From a virus, in IMG/VR virus record IMGVR_UViG_3300029121_000001: a DNA stretch of 64,000 bases; one strand, given 5' to 3'. Made by a program: the position numbers and the translations under genes. Positions within the stretch are counted from its first letter, which is position 1. Every line of letters starts with the position of its first letter. Below the pieces are notes generated by a model. That model did no database searches and was not told the origin of the DNA. It saw nothing but the letters and a program-made list of their open reading frames with translations. Positions 1 to 9,480 of this stretch are shown piece after piece.

Positions 1-1252
1 TAGCTGCAGGTTCAGCTAGAGTATGCATGACTCTATTATATTTACTACCAACAGGAGTTTTAATAGTATAAATAGCATAGAGTTGAAAGATATAAGCAAT
101 ATAATCTTTATAATCGAATTGAGCACCAGTTCTATAGAAAGCGCCAGGCGTATAAACTAAAAGAGATGTTTCAGTAAAAGATTCAGGTGCCTGATGATCA
201 CTACAACAAATGACATTGATTTTGTCATTAGGCATTCTCTTATTCAATCTTCTGAAACATTCTTTTACATATTTTTGATTAACAAACTTTTGAACCAGTT
301 GAATATCTCTTTCATAGCCTGTAAATGTAATAAGAGTAAATTCCTTATTCATTTTACGATTTGCTGTAGGGAGAGCAGTTTGACTCATGAAATTAGATAC
401 TCTAAATTCATTAAAATATTCTTCCTCAGTAAATTCTCTTAGAGTCTTTTTAGACCCTCTTACAAATATAGTATCAAAATCATCTTTATGAATACTATAT
501 CCAGGCCCCAGAACTGCTTTTACTTCATCACAGATAGCATCAATTTGTTCTTTAGGATATTTACCAAGGCATAGATCATCTGTACCATCAATAAATTTCT
601 TAGATCCAAAAGGTCCATTTGCAGTAATTTTGCATGTATGAAATTTATTCTTAATAGTATCAGTAATTGCGTTAACTAGCATTTCACGATACTTATAAGG
701 ATCCATATCTTGTTCATGAACAGCTTTAGAAGCAAGGCCAGATTTTTCCCAATATGGCTTAAATCTATTGCCATCGCCTACATGAACTTGATCAGCCATA
801 TCATACTCTTTAATCTTCTTAATGATATTCTTTGCAAGTTCAGCCTCATATTCTTTTTCTACATGATTAAAGAATCTAATAGCAGCAAGAACATGTGCTT
901 CATCATTAAGAGGATATCTACGCTGTTTAGGTAAACCAAATTCACTATCATCTAGCTGTTTTCTCTCAGAAGAAGTCAATTCAACTTCAAATAGATATTG
1001 GCCAGGATCACCAATATCAATAACAGATTCATTTTGCTGCTTAATATATCTTGTAATACTTTTCTCTACATAATACGATTCAAAGGTTCTTCTATTAATA
1101 ACATAAGGTTCAGTCATTGCAAGCATAGAAGACTGATAGTTTGGTGTCAATAGCATAATAGCAGAACCATGACGTTTGTCTTTTAGATTTATAGGAAGAA
1201 AGAATTGTTTCTTATAGATCATCAAATCTTTCAGATCATTGAGTACAACCAT
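1..1252 (-). CDS. hypothetical protein (3' part runs off the window start)
   Basis: ATG at 1252 with AAGGAGG 9 nt upstream. The frame stays open to position 1 (417+ codons). No function recognised. Confidence 0.6.
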   Translation of the reverse strand, partial: MVVLNDLKDLMIYKKQFFLPINLKDKRHGSAIMLLTPNYQSSMLAMTEPYVINRRTFESYYVEKSITRYIKQQNESVIDIGDPGQYLFEVELTSSERKQLDDSEFGLPKQRRYPLNDEAHVLAAIRFFNHVEKEYEAELAKNIIKKIKEYDMADQVHVGDGNRFKPYWEKSGLASKAVHEQDMDPYKYREMLVNAITDTIKNKFHTCKITANGPFGSKKFIDGTDDLCLGKYPKEQIDAICDEVKAVLGPGYSIHKDDFDTIFVRGSKKTLREFTEEEYFNEFRVSNFMSQTALPTANRKMNKEFTLITFTGYERDIQLVQKFVNQKYVKECFRRLNKRMPNDKINVICCSDHQAPESFTETSLLVYTPGAFYRTGAQFDYKDYIAYIFQLYAIYTIKTPVGSKYNRVMHTLAEPAA

Positions 1253-1363
1253 TTACATTTACCTCCTTGAATATGATTATAGTAGTGTTCAACTTGACCA
1301 TTTTTAAGGATTTTAGAGAATACTTACTTCTGAAACTTTCATATAAAACTATGAAAAGGAGAA

Positions 1364-2581
1364 ATGAGTATGGGAAAAGCATTCATTAGTACATTCACAT
1401 ATGATTGTGAATTAGCATTTAATTCTCAAGATGGTACATCTGAAGATATATTTAAACAGTGCGTAAGATATATTATTGTCAATCATGACTATATGAAAAA
1501 TATGATGCCACTTATATATGTGAATGTGAATTTGAAACCTTCTCTATATAATAAAATGGTACCTGAGCAAGGTAAGAGTAAAGTATATCTTAAATTGTAT
1601 TGTACTAGAAATAAAGGTTCTACGTCATCTACAGCTAAGAAAGTTATATATGGAGAATTCGATTATTATATGGCAGATGATCCTAATTCGTATAAGGAAT
1701 TGGATACTATCAATGAAGATCAGGGTACATCTTATAAGGTTTGTCAATTGGCACTATTTTCTCTTGATCTTCAGAAGAAAAATCAAAAGAGCTTTGGCGG
1801 AGTTATGAAAGGAAAAACTCCTCAAGATTTAGTAAAAGAATCATTAAAAGATATGAATAATCTTGTAATGCAGCCTTTTGATAATAATAGTAGTCTTGGT
1901 ACATTTGTTTGCCCTAATTTAAGTTCTGTTGCAAAATTCATCGGGTATTTGAATAATAAAGCATCTTTCTATAAAGGAAATTATATGTTCTATATGGACT
2001 TCGAGAAAACATATTTACGAAGTTACGATGGATCATATATTGATGCTGGAGATGGAGATCATAAAAATATTGCAATAGATGTTAGAGATCTTACTCAGTA
2101 TAAAGGATTAGCTTCTGGTATTGTAGAAGATCCTGATCAAGATGCGTATATTATTTATGTAAATGGATCTGATTGTACTATTAGTGTAGATAGAACTTCT
2201 AGTTCCATTGTTGGCAACATTAGCTCTGTTAACGTAGAGCAAGGAACAAAACTGCAAGCTGATGTAGTTAATACTTCTAATATTACTAATATTAGTGATA
2301 CTGGTTCTTCTATCATTACTGTTAGTGAAGATAAAAATGCCGCAAGTAATATCAAGACTAAGATTGCTGAAAATGCTAATACTCTTATCTTTAGTAAAAT
2401 AGATATGGACAGTAGAATCTTTACTCCAAATAAACAATATACTCTATCCAATTATGAAGATAATCCAAAGTATACTGGCGTATATTATCTGATAAAGAAA
2501 TATGAGATCTATCTACGAAGTGGAGATCATATGAATTGTCAGATGACTAATACATTTAAAAAGACTGCAGATTTTGTATAA
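1364..2581 (+). CDS. hypothetical protein
   Basis: 405-codon ORF preceded by AAAGGAG. The second ATG at 1370 has better spacing. Confidence 0.7.
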   Translation: MSMGKAFISTFTYDCELAFNSQDGTSEDIFKQCVRYIIVNHDYMKNMMPLIYVNVNLKPSLYNKMVPEQGKSKVYLKLYCTRNKGSTSSTAKKVIYGEFDYYMADDPNSYKELDTINEDQGTSYKVCQLALFSLDLQKKNQKSFGGVMKGKTPQDLVKESLKDMNNLVMQPFDNNSSLGTFVCPNLSSVAKFIGYLNNKASFYKGNYMFYMDFEKTYLRSYDGSYIDAGDGDHKNIAIDVRDLTQYKGLASGIVEDPDQDAYIIYVNGSDCTISVDRTSSSIVGNISSVNVEQGTKLQADVVNTSNITNISDTGSSIITVSEDKNAASNIKTKIAENANTLIFSKIDMDSRIFTPNKQYTLSNYEDNPKYTGVYYLIKKYEIYLRSGDHMNCQMTNTFKKTADFV

Positions 2582-2598
2582 GAAAGAAGGAATAAACG

Positions 2599-3321
2599 AT
2601 GGAAGAATTTAATACTGATTTTACTTGGGAAAAGATGAAACTTCATCTGAAGACTATTCTTACTCATAAGAAATATGTATATATTTATTGTAATAGATGT
2701 GGAATGCCTTGGGTAGGATTGATGCATGATATGTCAAAATTCTCTCCTGCTGAATTTATTACTAATGTAAAATATACTACAAAAGGTGTATCTCCTATTA
2801 TCAAGAAAAAACAAATTTGTGGTTATTCTGAACCTTGGATGCATCATAAAGCGCATAATCCACATCATTATGAATATTGGACTGATGATCTTGATGAAGG
2901 AGGATTTTGTGTAAGAATTCCATTTAGATATACCATTGAAATGATGTGCGATTATCTCGGTGCAAATATGGCATATAATAATGGAGATAGTTCTTATCAA
3001 GCAGAATTCAATTGGTGGAAAGAAGCTCGTAATAAAAGAAACATGCATCCTGATAATGTAGAATTTCTGGATCGTGTATTTGGATATCTTGCTGCTGTAG
3101 AACGTGGAAACAGATTCACCATAAATGAATCCGTTTCTGTTCAAAAGAATAATCATTTGCAAATTAGAATTCTTCAAAAGAAAATTGCTTCTGACAACGA
3201 TGTATTTAATATTGCTTTTCTAGAGTATTTATACAAATACATTGTAGATAAGAATAATAATCCTATTAAGATGAGATTTAAACTTCCTAAAGGAACTGAA
3301 CCTGTATATTATAATAATTAA
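2599..3321 (+). CDS. DUF5662-like (HD-like) protein
   Basis: HDMSKFSPAEF ... WMHHKAHNPHHYEYW pattern, as recalled for the DUF5662 family of Firmicutes and their phages. SD GAAGGA. Confidence 0.55.
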   Translation: MEEFNTDFTWEKMKLHLKTILTHKKYVYIYCNRCGMPWVGLMHDMSKFSPAEFITNVKYTTKGVSPIIKKKQICGYSEPWMHHKAHNPHHYEYWTDDLDEGGFCVRIPFRYTIEMMCDYLGANMAYNNGDSSYQAEFNWWKEARNKRNMHPDNVEFLDRVFGYLAAVERGNRFTINESVSVQKNNHLQIRILQKKIASDNDVFNIAFLEYLYKYIVDKNNNPIKMRFKLPKGTEPVYYNN

Positions 3322-3327
3322 AAATTT

Positions 3328-3357
3328 ACCCGAATAGGATAAAAGTCCTATTCGGGT
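3328..3357 (+). terminator. intrinsic terminator hairpin
   Basis: ACCCGAATAGGA-loop-TCCTATTCGGGT followed by a T-rich tail. Confidence 0.6.
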
Positions 3358-3412
3358 ATTATTCCTCAACTTTTTAGTAATTAGTCTATTAATAATAGGA
3401 GGATTTTTTGCA

Positions 3413-4276
3413 ATGAGCAAGATTGGATATATTCTAAATGAATCCAGTGTTTGCATGGAAAATGTAGACATTAGAGAAGATAAAAATGATCGCACTAGAG
3501 TTACTGGAATGGGAATTCTTCAAACCGGTAATGAAAAGAATCGTAATGGGCGTATATATCGTACTGCTGATCTAGCAAAGGAAATTGCCGCTCCTAGGCA
3601 ACAAGAACTGCTTGCTGCTAAGCAAATGTGTGGTGAAGCTGGACATCCTATTGGAGCAGATGCTAGTTCTCTGGTTCGTCAGCAGACTATTGATCCGACC
3701 AAGATTTGTGTCCGTTATCTGAAGCTATGGATGGAAGGTGATAATGTTATGGGCACCTTCCAAGGTACTAATAATGCTCTCGGTGAAGCATTCGATAAGG
3801 ATCTTCGTCAAGGTGTTCTACCTGCATTTTCTCTTCGTGCACTTGGTACCATTTCTAGTACTCCTCAAGGTGCAGTTGTTGAGAATCTGAAGATGATTAC
3901 ATATGACTATGTTATTTATCCTTCTCATCCTCATGCATACACTAAGGGAGTCATTAATGAGTCTGCTGGTATTGCTAGTGCAGTCAAGTCTAATTTCACT
4001 ATGAATAGTTCTATGGATGGAACTAGATCTTTCATTAAGGAATTTAGCAATAAGGATGTAGTTAATGCAATTACTTCTATGAGAGAATCTGCAGTTGATT
4101 ATATTAAAGATAAGAGTCATAATTTTAAGCTTCTCCAAGAGTGCTATGATATGACTAATTATGATACCATTGATATTATTAGTCCTCATAAGATTGCTCT
4201 AACAGAAGCTGGTAAGAATACTATCATTATGAATGTTGAAGATTATATTGCAAATGAAATTCAGAATTATGTATAA
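3413..4276 (+). CDS. prohead core protease, T4 gp21-like (S77 family)
   Basis: NRNGRIY, GEAGHP, WMEGDNVMG and PAFSLRALG are collinear with T4 gp21 NRNKRLYP, GELNHP, WWKGNDVYG and PGVSSRGLG. SD AGGAGG. Confidence 0.85.
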   Translation: MSKIGYILNESSVCMENVDIREDKNDRTRVTGMGILQTGNEKNRNGRIYRTADLAKEIAAPRQQELLAAKQMCGEAGHPIGADASSLVRQQTIDPTKICVRYLKLWMEGDNVMGTFQGTNNALGEAFDKDLRQGVLPAFSLRALGTISSTPQGAVVENLKMITYDYVIYPSHPHAYTKGVINESAGIASAVKSNFTMNSSMDGTRSFIKEFSNKDVVNAITSMRESAVDYIKDKSHNFKLLQECYDMTNYDTIDIISPHKIALTEAGKNTIIMNVEDYIANEIQNYV

Positions 4277-4298
4277 AATATAAAGAGGTGAATTTACA

Positions 4299-4634
4299 AT
4301 GACAGGCCAGAAATTTACACAAGAAGATATCGATAAGCTTAATTCTGCAATTGGACCATGTATTGATGATCTAAATTGTGCAGATGAATATTCAGATCTT
4401 TGTAAAGAATCTGATACAACAAAAAAGAAACTTCATATTTGTACTACTATTTCTGATGATGGTATGCAGGTTGATGTAGCATTGACCAATGATAATTTCT
4501 TTAATAAGTTTCTTGAACCTTTTATTTCTGGAGTTGTTATTGGAATTTTGCAAGCAGCAGTAGATGCTGTATGCCCTAATCAGTATAAGTTTGAATCTAA
4601 TAATGGATCTATTGTGATTAAGAAAGTAGATTAA
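4299..4634 (+). CDS. hypothetical protein
   Basis: 111-codon ORF with SD AGAGGTG. Confidence 0.6.
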   Translation: MTGQKFTQEDIDKLNSAIGPCIDDLNCADEYSDLCKESDTTKKKLHICTTISDDGMQVDVALTNDNFFNKFLEPFISGVVIGILQAAVDAVCPNQYKFESNNGSIVIKKVD

Positions 4635-4640
4635 ATACAT

Positions 4641-5417
4641 ATGGCTGGATATCAAAATAATATAGCAAAATTGGTAGATAAAATAGAATGGAGACTAGGA
4701 CTTATTCCATTGACTAAACATCTACCTGAAGAATTTGGAAAAGATGCTTGGGCGAATATCATAAAAGAAGATACTCTTACTACATATTCAAGATATTGTC
4801 CTAGAAAGTTTTCATTTAAAATTACAGAACAGACAGCTCCTAAGAGAGGTGGATGGTACTATATTAATGAAGACTATATTGGAGGACAAACTATTCTTGG
4901 TGTAGGAGATATTGACTGGACCAAGTTTGGTAATAGATCTATTGGTCTAGCACAAACATTTGGTTATGGTACTATTGATGCTGGTCTAGCAGCAAACTTT
5001 ACTATGGATGATATCCTAGGAATGAAGGGAAGATCTGATTATGCTTCTATGTTTAGTAATCAGATTATTCCTGAATTTGAACCACCTAATAGAATTAGAC
5101 TAGTAGCAACTGGTAACTATGATGTCAATATTGGAGAATTCAATATCATTCTTCTATTAAAGCATCTTGATAGTCTTACTAGTATTCCTGCTACAGCGAT
5201 GGAAAAGTTTGAACAACTTGCTCAAGCAGACGTTGCAGCTTTCCTTGCTAACAACTTAAAGTATTGGGATGGTCTTGAAACAGTATTCTCTACTATTGAT
5301 CTTAAGATTAGTAATCTTGAGAATGAAGCTAGTAAAAGAGATAATGTAATTGATTATCTTGAATCTAATTATGTTAGTGCTAATAATAAGAGTATCCCTA
5401 TGATTATGACTGTATAA
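4641..5417 (+). CDS. hypothetical protein (head-module neighbour)
   Basis: 258-codon ORF, followed by the terminator at 5425-5453. Confidence 0.65.
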   Translation: MAGYQNNIAKLVDKIEWRLGLIPLTKHLPEEFGKDAWANIIKEDTLTTYSRYCPRKFSFKITEQTAPKRGGWYYINEDYIGGQTILGVGDIDWTKFGNRSIGLAQTFGYGTIDAGLAANFTMDDILGMKGRSDYASMFSNQIIPEFEPPNRIRLVATGNYDVNIGEFNIILLLKHLDSLTSIPATAMEKFEQLAQADVAAFLANNLKYWDGLETVFSTIDLKISNLENEASKRDNVIDYLESNYVSANNKSIPMIMTV

Positions 5418-5424
5418 AATAAAA

Positions 5425-5453
5425 TCCCAGTAGAGATTAAATCTCTACTGGGA
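5425..5453 (+). terminator. intrinsic terminator
   Basis: TCCCAGTAGAGAT-TAA-ATCTCTACTGGGA, then ATATTTTT. Confidence 0.7.
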
Positions 5454-5464
5454 ATATTTTTAAA

Positions 5465-5480
5465 ATAATGTAAATTCAAT
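5465..5480. repeat. left arm of a 16-bp perfect inverted repeat
   Basis: ATAATGTAAATTCAAT; the partner is at 5779-5794. Confidence 0.8.
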
Positions 5481-5481
5481 C

Positions 5482-5498
5482 AGATATTATAAATATGA
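5482..5498 (+). promoter_or_regulatory. 17-nt promoter-like motif AGATATTATAAATATGA
   Basis: Motif family AGATATTATAAWAWTGA. Lies after terminator 5425-5453 and 66 nt before ATG 5564. Confidence 0.5.
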
Positions 5499-5563
5499 TA
5501 GAAAAGTAAGAGCGGCCTTACTTAAATCAAATTATAATATCATCCAAAAGGAGATTTTAAATT

Positions 5564-5779
5564 ATGAATATCACAAACGTTACGAACATTTCTATCATTG
5601 TTAATGATAATAATCATGATGATGAATATATCAATGCAATGAGGAATCAAATACGTCAGAATTCTAAAGCTATCAGAAGGGATGCAGAAGAATTAAAACG
5701 CAAACGCTCCAAATGGAATGAGATACTAGAACATGGATCTGTGTTCCAAATAGCAGATAATTATTTGAGTATCCTTTAA
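5564..5779 (+). CDS. hypothetical small protein, basic C-terminal half
   Basis: SD AAAGGAG 8 nt before the ATG. The gene is bracketed by a 16-bp inverted repeat and by two terminators. Confidence 0.6.
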   Translation: MNITNVTNISIIVNDNNHDDEYINAMRNQIRQNSKAIRRDAEELKRKRSKWNEILEHGSVFQIADNYLSIL

Positions 5780-5794
5780 TTGAATTTACATTAT
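5779..5794. repeat. right arm of a 16-bp perfect inverted repeat
   Basis: ATTGAATTTACATTAT; overlaps the stop codon of ORF 5564-5779. Confidence 0.8.
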
Positions 5795-5807
5795 ATATAT
5801 GTATAAT

Positions 5808-5847
5808 GAGTGAAGGACAAAATCTTCACTCATTTTATTTTTTTTTT
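5808..5847 (+). terminator. intrinsic terminator
   Basis: GAGTGAAG-loop-CTTCACTC followed by a long T-run. Confidence 0.75.
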
Positions 5848-5865
5848 GATAATCTGACGCTTCTA
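5848..5865 (+). promoter_or_regulatory. GATAATCTGACGCTTCTA motif, copy 1
   Basis: Immediately after the T-run of terminator 5808-5847. Confidence 0.35.
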
Positions 5866-6185
5866 CTAAAATATGTATAAAAAATATTATATCGACTACT
5901 TCAACAATTATATTAAATGGGTCATCACATGGTGGTAATATATCTGGAGATCTAGATGCATATAAATATCATATCCTAGAATGTAGGCCAGATAAGCTTG
6001 GTAGATTTATTTTACCCGGATATTTAGATAATAAGAATCCAACTGTTGATTTTCCATATGATTATACTTGGGCAGGATATATTTATATGCCTGGTGATAT
6101 TATGGTAGATAGTAAAAAATATCCATCTATGATACCTGCCTATTCTGAAACTTTACATTGGAAATTCTTTTGTATTCCAAGATAA
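5853..6185 (+). CDS. small paralog family member A (no canonical start codon; possibly a pseudogene)
   Basis: The open frame encodes ..YHILECRPDKLGRFILPGY..PYDYTWAGYIY..HWKFFCIPR, homologous to ORF 6232-6516. There is no in-frame ATG/GTG/TTG and no SD. Confidence 0.35.
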   Translation, partial: SDASTKICIKNIISTTSTIILNGSSHGGNISGDLDAYKYHILECRPDKLGRFILPGYLDNKNPTVDFPYDYTWAGYIYMPGDIMVDSKKYPSMIPAYSETLHWKFFCIPR

Positions 6186-6196
6186 TGACGCTTCTA
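6181..6196 (+). promoter_or_regulatory. GATAAT-GACGCTTCTA motif, copy 2
   Basis: Overlaps the stop codon of paralog A. Confidence 0.35.
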
Positions 6197-6231
6197 TAAA
6201 AATAAAGAACTTTACATCCACTAATGCATCG

Positions 6232-6516
6232 TTGATAATCATAAATGGTAGAGAAATGAAAGAATTATCAGGCGATTATATAGATCTATATAATTATCAT
6301 ATTCTAGAATGCAGATCAAATACGTTCGGCAGATTTATTTTACCAGGATATTCTTTCAATAAGCAATCTAATGATTATCCATATGATTACATATGGATAG
6401 GATATATATACAAAGATGGCTCATTTAAAATAGGTAATATGAGTTATCAAACTATGCAATATTGCTTTAATGAAACTTTAAATTGGAAAGCTTTTTGTAT
6501 TCGTAGATATAGTTAA
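6232..6516 (+). CDS. small paralog family member B
   Basis: YHILECRSNTFGRFILPGY..PYDYIWIGYIY..NWKAFCIRR. Start is TTG 6232 or ATG 6256. No strong SD. Confidence 0.5.
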   Translation: MIIINGREMKELSGDYIDLYNYHILECRSNTFGRFILPGYSFNKQSNDYPYDYIWIGYIYKDGSFKIGNMSYQTMQYCFNETLNWKAFCIRRYS

Positions 6517-6525
6517 ATATAATAT

Positions 6526-6543
6526 TATAATCTGACGCTTCTA
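6526..6543 (+). promoter_or_regulatory. TATAATCTGACGCTTCTA motif, copy 3
   Basis: 12 nt after the stop of paralog B. Confidence 0.35.
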
Positions 6544-6548
6544 AAAAA

Positions 6549-6806
6549 TTGGTTGAAAATAGAGTTCAAACTTATTTAACTAAATTTAGCGGTATTACAA
6601 AATATTATCCTCTATCGGTAGTATTATGTGATAAACGGACTGATATAATAAGTATAGAATTATTCAGATCTAATGACAATTTTGAAGTTAATATATATTC
6701 TATATCTAAAACATCAACATTACACAAAACTAAATTAACTGGTGTTACATGCTTATTGTATTATGTAACAGACATATATGATGATATAGCATTTAATCTT
6801 AATTAA
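6549..6806 (+). CDS. hypothetical small protein
   Basis: TTG-start ORF preceded by the same GACGCTTCTA motif as the two paralogs. Terminator follows. Confidence 0.45.
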   Translation: MVENRVQTYLTKFSGITKYYPLSVVLCDKRTDIISIELFRSNDNFEVNIYSISKTSTLHKTKLTGVTCLLYYVTDIYDDIAFNLN

Positions 6807-6815
6807 AATCTATAG

Positions 6816-6838
6816 TCCAAGGGATTAAATCCCTTGGA
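6816..6838 (+). terminator. intrinsic terminator
   Basis: TCCAAGGGA-TTAAA-TCCCTTGGA, then TTTTAATTTTT. Confidence 0.7.
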
Positions 6839-6858
6839 TTTTAATTTTTGTAATACTG

Positions 6859-6875
6859 AGATATTATAATATTGA
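6859..6875 (+). promoter_or_regulatory. 17-nt promoter-like motif AGATATTATAATATTGA
   Basis: After terminator 6816-6838; upstream of the RNase H gene. Confidence 0.5.
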
Positions 6876-6922
6876 AGCAAGTTAGAATTTATTCTTGCTT
6901 TAATATATGATTAAAGAAAGGA

Positions 6923-7675
6923 ATGATGAAAATGAAAGTAGCAACAAAAGAAGAGTTTTTTAATCAAGATACAATCTGTATTTTTACAGATGCATCTTAC
7001 CAACAAAAAGATTTGTATAAAATTCCTGCTGAACAGCTTACAAGCCCTGCTTATTGTGTTTATCTCAATGATCAGTGTCTTGAAAGAAATTGCATTATTC
7101 TTAATAATTGTAATTCTCAGCAAGGAGAACTTTATGCACTCTTTATGGGAGTAAATGTAGCTGTAAAGTATTATAATCTTGGCTATAGAAGGATTAAGCT
7201 TTTTAGTGACAATCAAAATGCTGTTCTAGGAATTAGAGAATGGATCTTTAGATGGATTCGAGAAACTAATTCTGGTAGAGCAACTTTTGGTGCTAATGGT
7301 AGAATTAGTAATCAAGAATACTATATGGATATCATTTATACCATTCTTGCAAATCGTATTTTCTTGGAATTCTATCATGTAAAAGGCCATGTGGATCTTA
7401 GAAATAAAGCATCTTTGGCTCATGCTAAATATCTGTTTCTAAAATCTAATCCTTTTGTTGGAGATGATACTACTGACGATCTTATCTATTATATGGCAAT
7501 GGGAAATAATGATGTTGACTATTATTCAACAACTATTCTCAAGAGTTTTATTTATCATAATGGATCTGGATATTGCAGTGGTACACATGCAATCAGTTTT
7601 GAGTATGATAAATCTAAACTTAATATGAATGATTATAAAGCTTTGGTGAATAAAAATGGTAGGACAATCTTTTAA
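6923..7675 (+). CDS. RNase H (type 1) family protein
   Basis: FTDAS, QGELYAL, LFSDNQ and HVKGH give the RNase HI D-E-D-H layout. ATG 6932 has the best SD spacing. Confidence 0.75.
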   Translation: MMKMKVATKEEFFNQDTICIFTDASYQQKDLYKIPAEQLTSPAYCVYLNDQCLERNCIILNNCNSQQGELYALFMGVNVAVKYYNLGYRRIKLFSDNQNAVLGIREWIFRWIRETNSGRATFGANGRISNQEYYMDIIYTILANRIFLEFYHVKGHVDLRNKASLAHAKYLFLKSNPFVGDDTTDDLIYYMAMGNNDVDYYSTTILKSFIYHNGSGYCSGTHAISFEYDKSKLNMNDYKALVNKNGRTIF

Positions 7676-8177
7676 TCCTTGGCAAGACAATAGCCTAATT
7701 TCAATGACTAAGCGAGTTGGCCAGTATACATTTGAGCATAAAGCATATTTAACTTCTAAGATCAGTGATTATGACTATGACACTGATAACCCTAATAGAA
7801 GATTCATATCAAATTATGTTCATAAGATTTGTATCTATGATCTCTGTGGATCTATCTTTTTCACATTCACTACCAATTCAGAACCGATGTATAATTTAAT
7901 TACATCTTTAATATTTAAATCTAAATATAACAAACAAGGAGATATTTGTTGTATTGATATTAATGATGACAATACATCTATTCCTTATAGACTCAATGTA
8001 ATTGGAGATCAGCAGATAACAAAGATTCTTATTGCGCCAACATCGATTCAATTTGACTCATATTCAAGAATGATCAGTACTCTAACACTATCAATACCAA
8101 ATAAAGATCTTGATGATCTTGTTACTGTATTGAAATTTGATAAAGATGGGAAGGGATGTTTAAATGACTATGTATAA
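7656..8177 (+). CDS. hypothetical protein
   Basis: 173-codon ORF overlapping the upstream gene end. Confidence 0.55.
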   Translation: MVGQSFNPWQDNSLISMTKRVGQYTFEHKAYLTSKISDYDYDTDNPNRRFISNYVHKICIYDLCGSIFFTFTTNSEPMYNLITSLIFKSKYNKQGDICCIDINDDNTSIPYRLNVIGDQQITKILIAPTSIQFDSYSRMISTLTLSIPNKDLDDLVTVLKFDKDGKGCLNDYV

Positions 8178-8472
8178 CTATATTCTCATTTGGGGAATTT
8201 CTATTATTGTAATTATTCTTCTTGGATTGATTGTAATTAGACTTGGAGATATTAACGATAATCTTTCCATTATTGATTATGATCTTTCTCAGAACAATAA
8301 ATATATTTTCATGATCTTTATGGGAATTCGCATTATTCTGAAGAATAGTTATGGAATTAATCTTGTAGAATTCTGCGACGAATATCTTCAGAAAATTGAT
8401 AATGACGAAGACATTGATTTCTCTGAAAATGAAGAAACCAATGCTGAAGATGATGATGAACTCGATAAATGA
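8164..8472 (+). CDS. small membrane protein with acidic C-terminus
   Basis: N-terminal hydrophobic helix ILIWGISIIVIILLGLIVI; tail DNDEDIDFSENEETNAEDDDELDK. Confidence 0.6.
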   Translation: MTMYNYILIWGISIIVIILLGLIVIRLGDINDNLSIIDYDLSQNNKYIFMIFMGIRIILKNSYGINLVEFCDEYLQKIDNDEDIDFSENEETNAEDDDELDK

Positions 8473-8486
8473 AAAGGAGAGCTATT

Positions 8487-9404
8487 ATGAATAACAATGA
8501 TTCTAAGTCCCGTTCGATTATGAATGCTATTGAGAATATCCTGAAGAACTCTGGTGTAAAAAATCTTAAGATTGTTCCTCTTGACGAAGTTCCTGATACT
8601 GCAGTCCATCAGGAGCCTAAGGATATTGATCTTTATACTTGCAAGGAAGTAGAGAAAGCTGTTCCTAAGAATATTCCTGCAATTACTTTTGACAATTCTT
8701 GGGTCTATACTACTGATGGTGCTGTTGAGATTCCCAATGACGTAAGAACAATTTTCTGCAATATGGCTTACAATAATACCAAAGATATTGTTGGTGAGAA
8801 CAATGATTTCAATACTCCTATTGGAGCAGTAATGGATTACACTGTCAAAAATAATTTGTATTTCAACTGTGAAATTGTAAAGAAGAATATCTATAATCAT
8901 TTCCTTCAGGAATATTATGGCCTGTGTTATTCTCTCATCAATACTGTAAATGAACTTCTGTGTAATCTTGAATGTGATCCTATTGAAATTGATATTTACG
9001 AGGTTGCATCTTGTAATCCGTATAATTTTGATTTTAATAGCACACTTGAAAGTATTTTCGTAAATACTCCTCAGGCTGTAACTGAGATCATTAACAGTGG
9101 TAAACTTGATAGTTATATCGCTACGATGGTTAATGTTATTGGCACTAATACCTATAATAATTTCATCAATAAATATATCATGCAGGCTGTTGCTGGAATG
9201 AATGCAAAGACAGCAGATGCTTTTGTGAGAGGATTCAATACTGTCTTTAGAATGTTTATGGGTGATCTATCTTATTCTGGTGCAGTACTTGCTGCTACAA
9301 TTGCAAATGAAGTAAATGCCTCTAATATTTATACAATTTTCAATGCTAATGATACGGCACATGATGTTTTGTATAAAAAAGGAATTAATGAAGACCATAA
9401 TTGA
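8487..9404 (+). CDS. hypothetical protein
   Basis: ATG 8487 has AAGGAG 8 nt upstream. The track ORF starts at 8469. Confidence 0.65.
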   Translation: MNNNDSKSRSIMNAIENILKNSGVKNLKIVPLDEVPDTAVHQEPKDIDLYTCKEVEKAVPKNIPAITFDNSWVYTTDGAVEIPNDVRTIFCNMAYNNTKDIVGENNDFNTPIGAVMDYTVKNNLYFNCEIVKKNIYNHFLQEYYGLCYSLINTVNELLCNLECDPIEIDIYEVASCNPYNFDFNSTLESIFVNTPQAVTEIINSGKLDSYIATMVNVIGTNTYNNFINKYIMQAVAGMNAKTADAFVRGFNTVFRMFMGDLSYSGAVLAATIANEVNASNIYTIFNANDTAHDVLYKKGINEDHN

Positions 9405-9413
9405 CGAATAAAA

Positions 9414-9430
9414 AGATATTATAAGTATGA
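9414..9430 (+). promoter_or_regulatory. 17-nt promoter-like motif AGATATTATAAGTATGA
   Basis: 51 nt before ATG 9481. Confidence 0.45.
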
Positions 9431-9480
9431 ACATCCGGAGATTGTTCATTTAAACATAATAAGAAAAGGAGAATAAATTG

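Noticed and set aside
194-934. Plus-strand ORFs 194-442 and 710-934.
   Set aside because: Both are antisense to the long open minus-strand frame that starts at 1252. Both lack an SD and have stop-poor, low-complexity translations.
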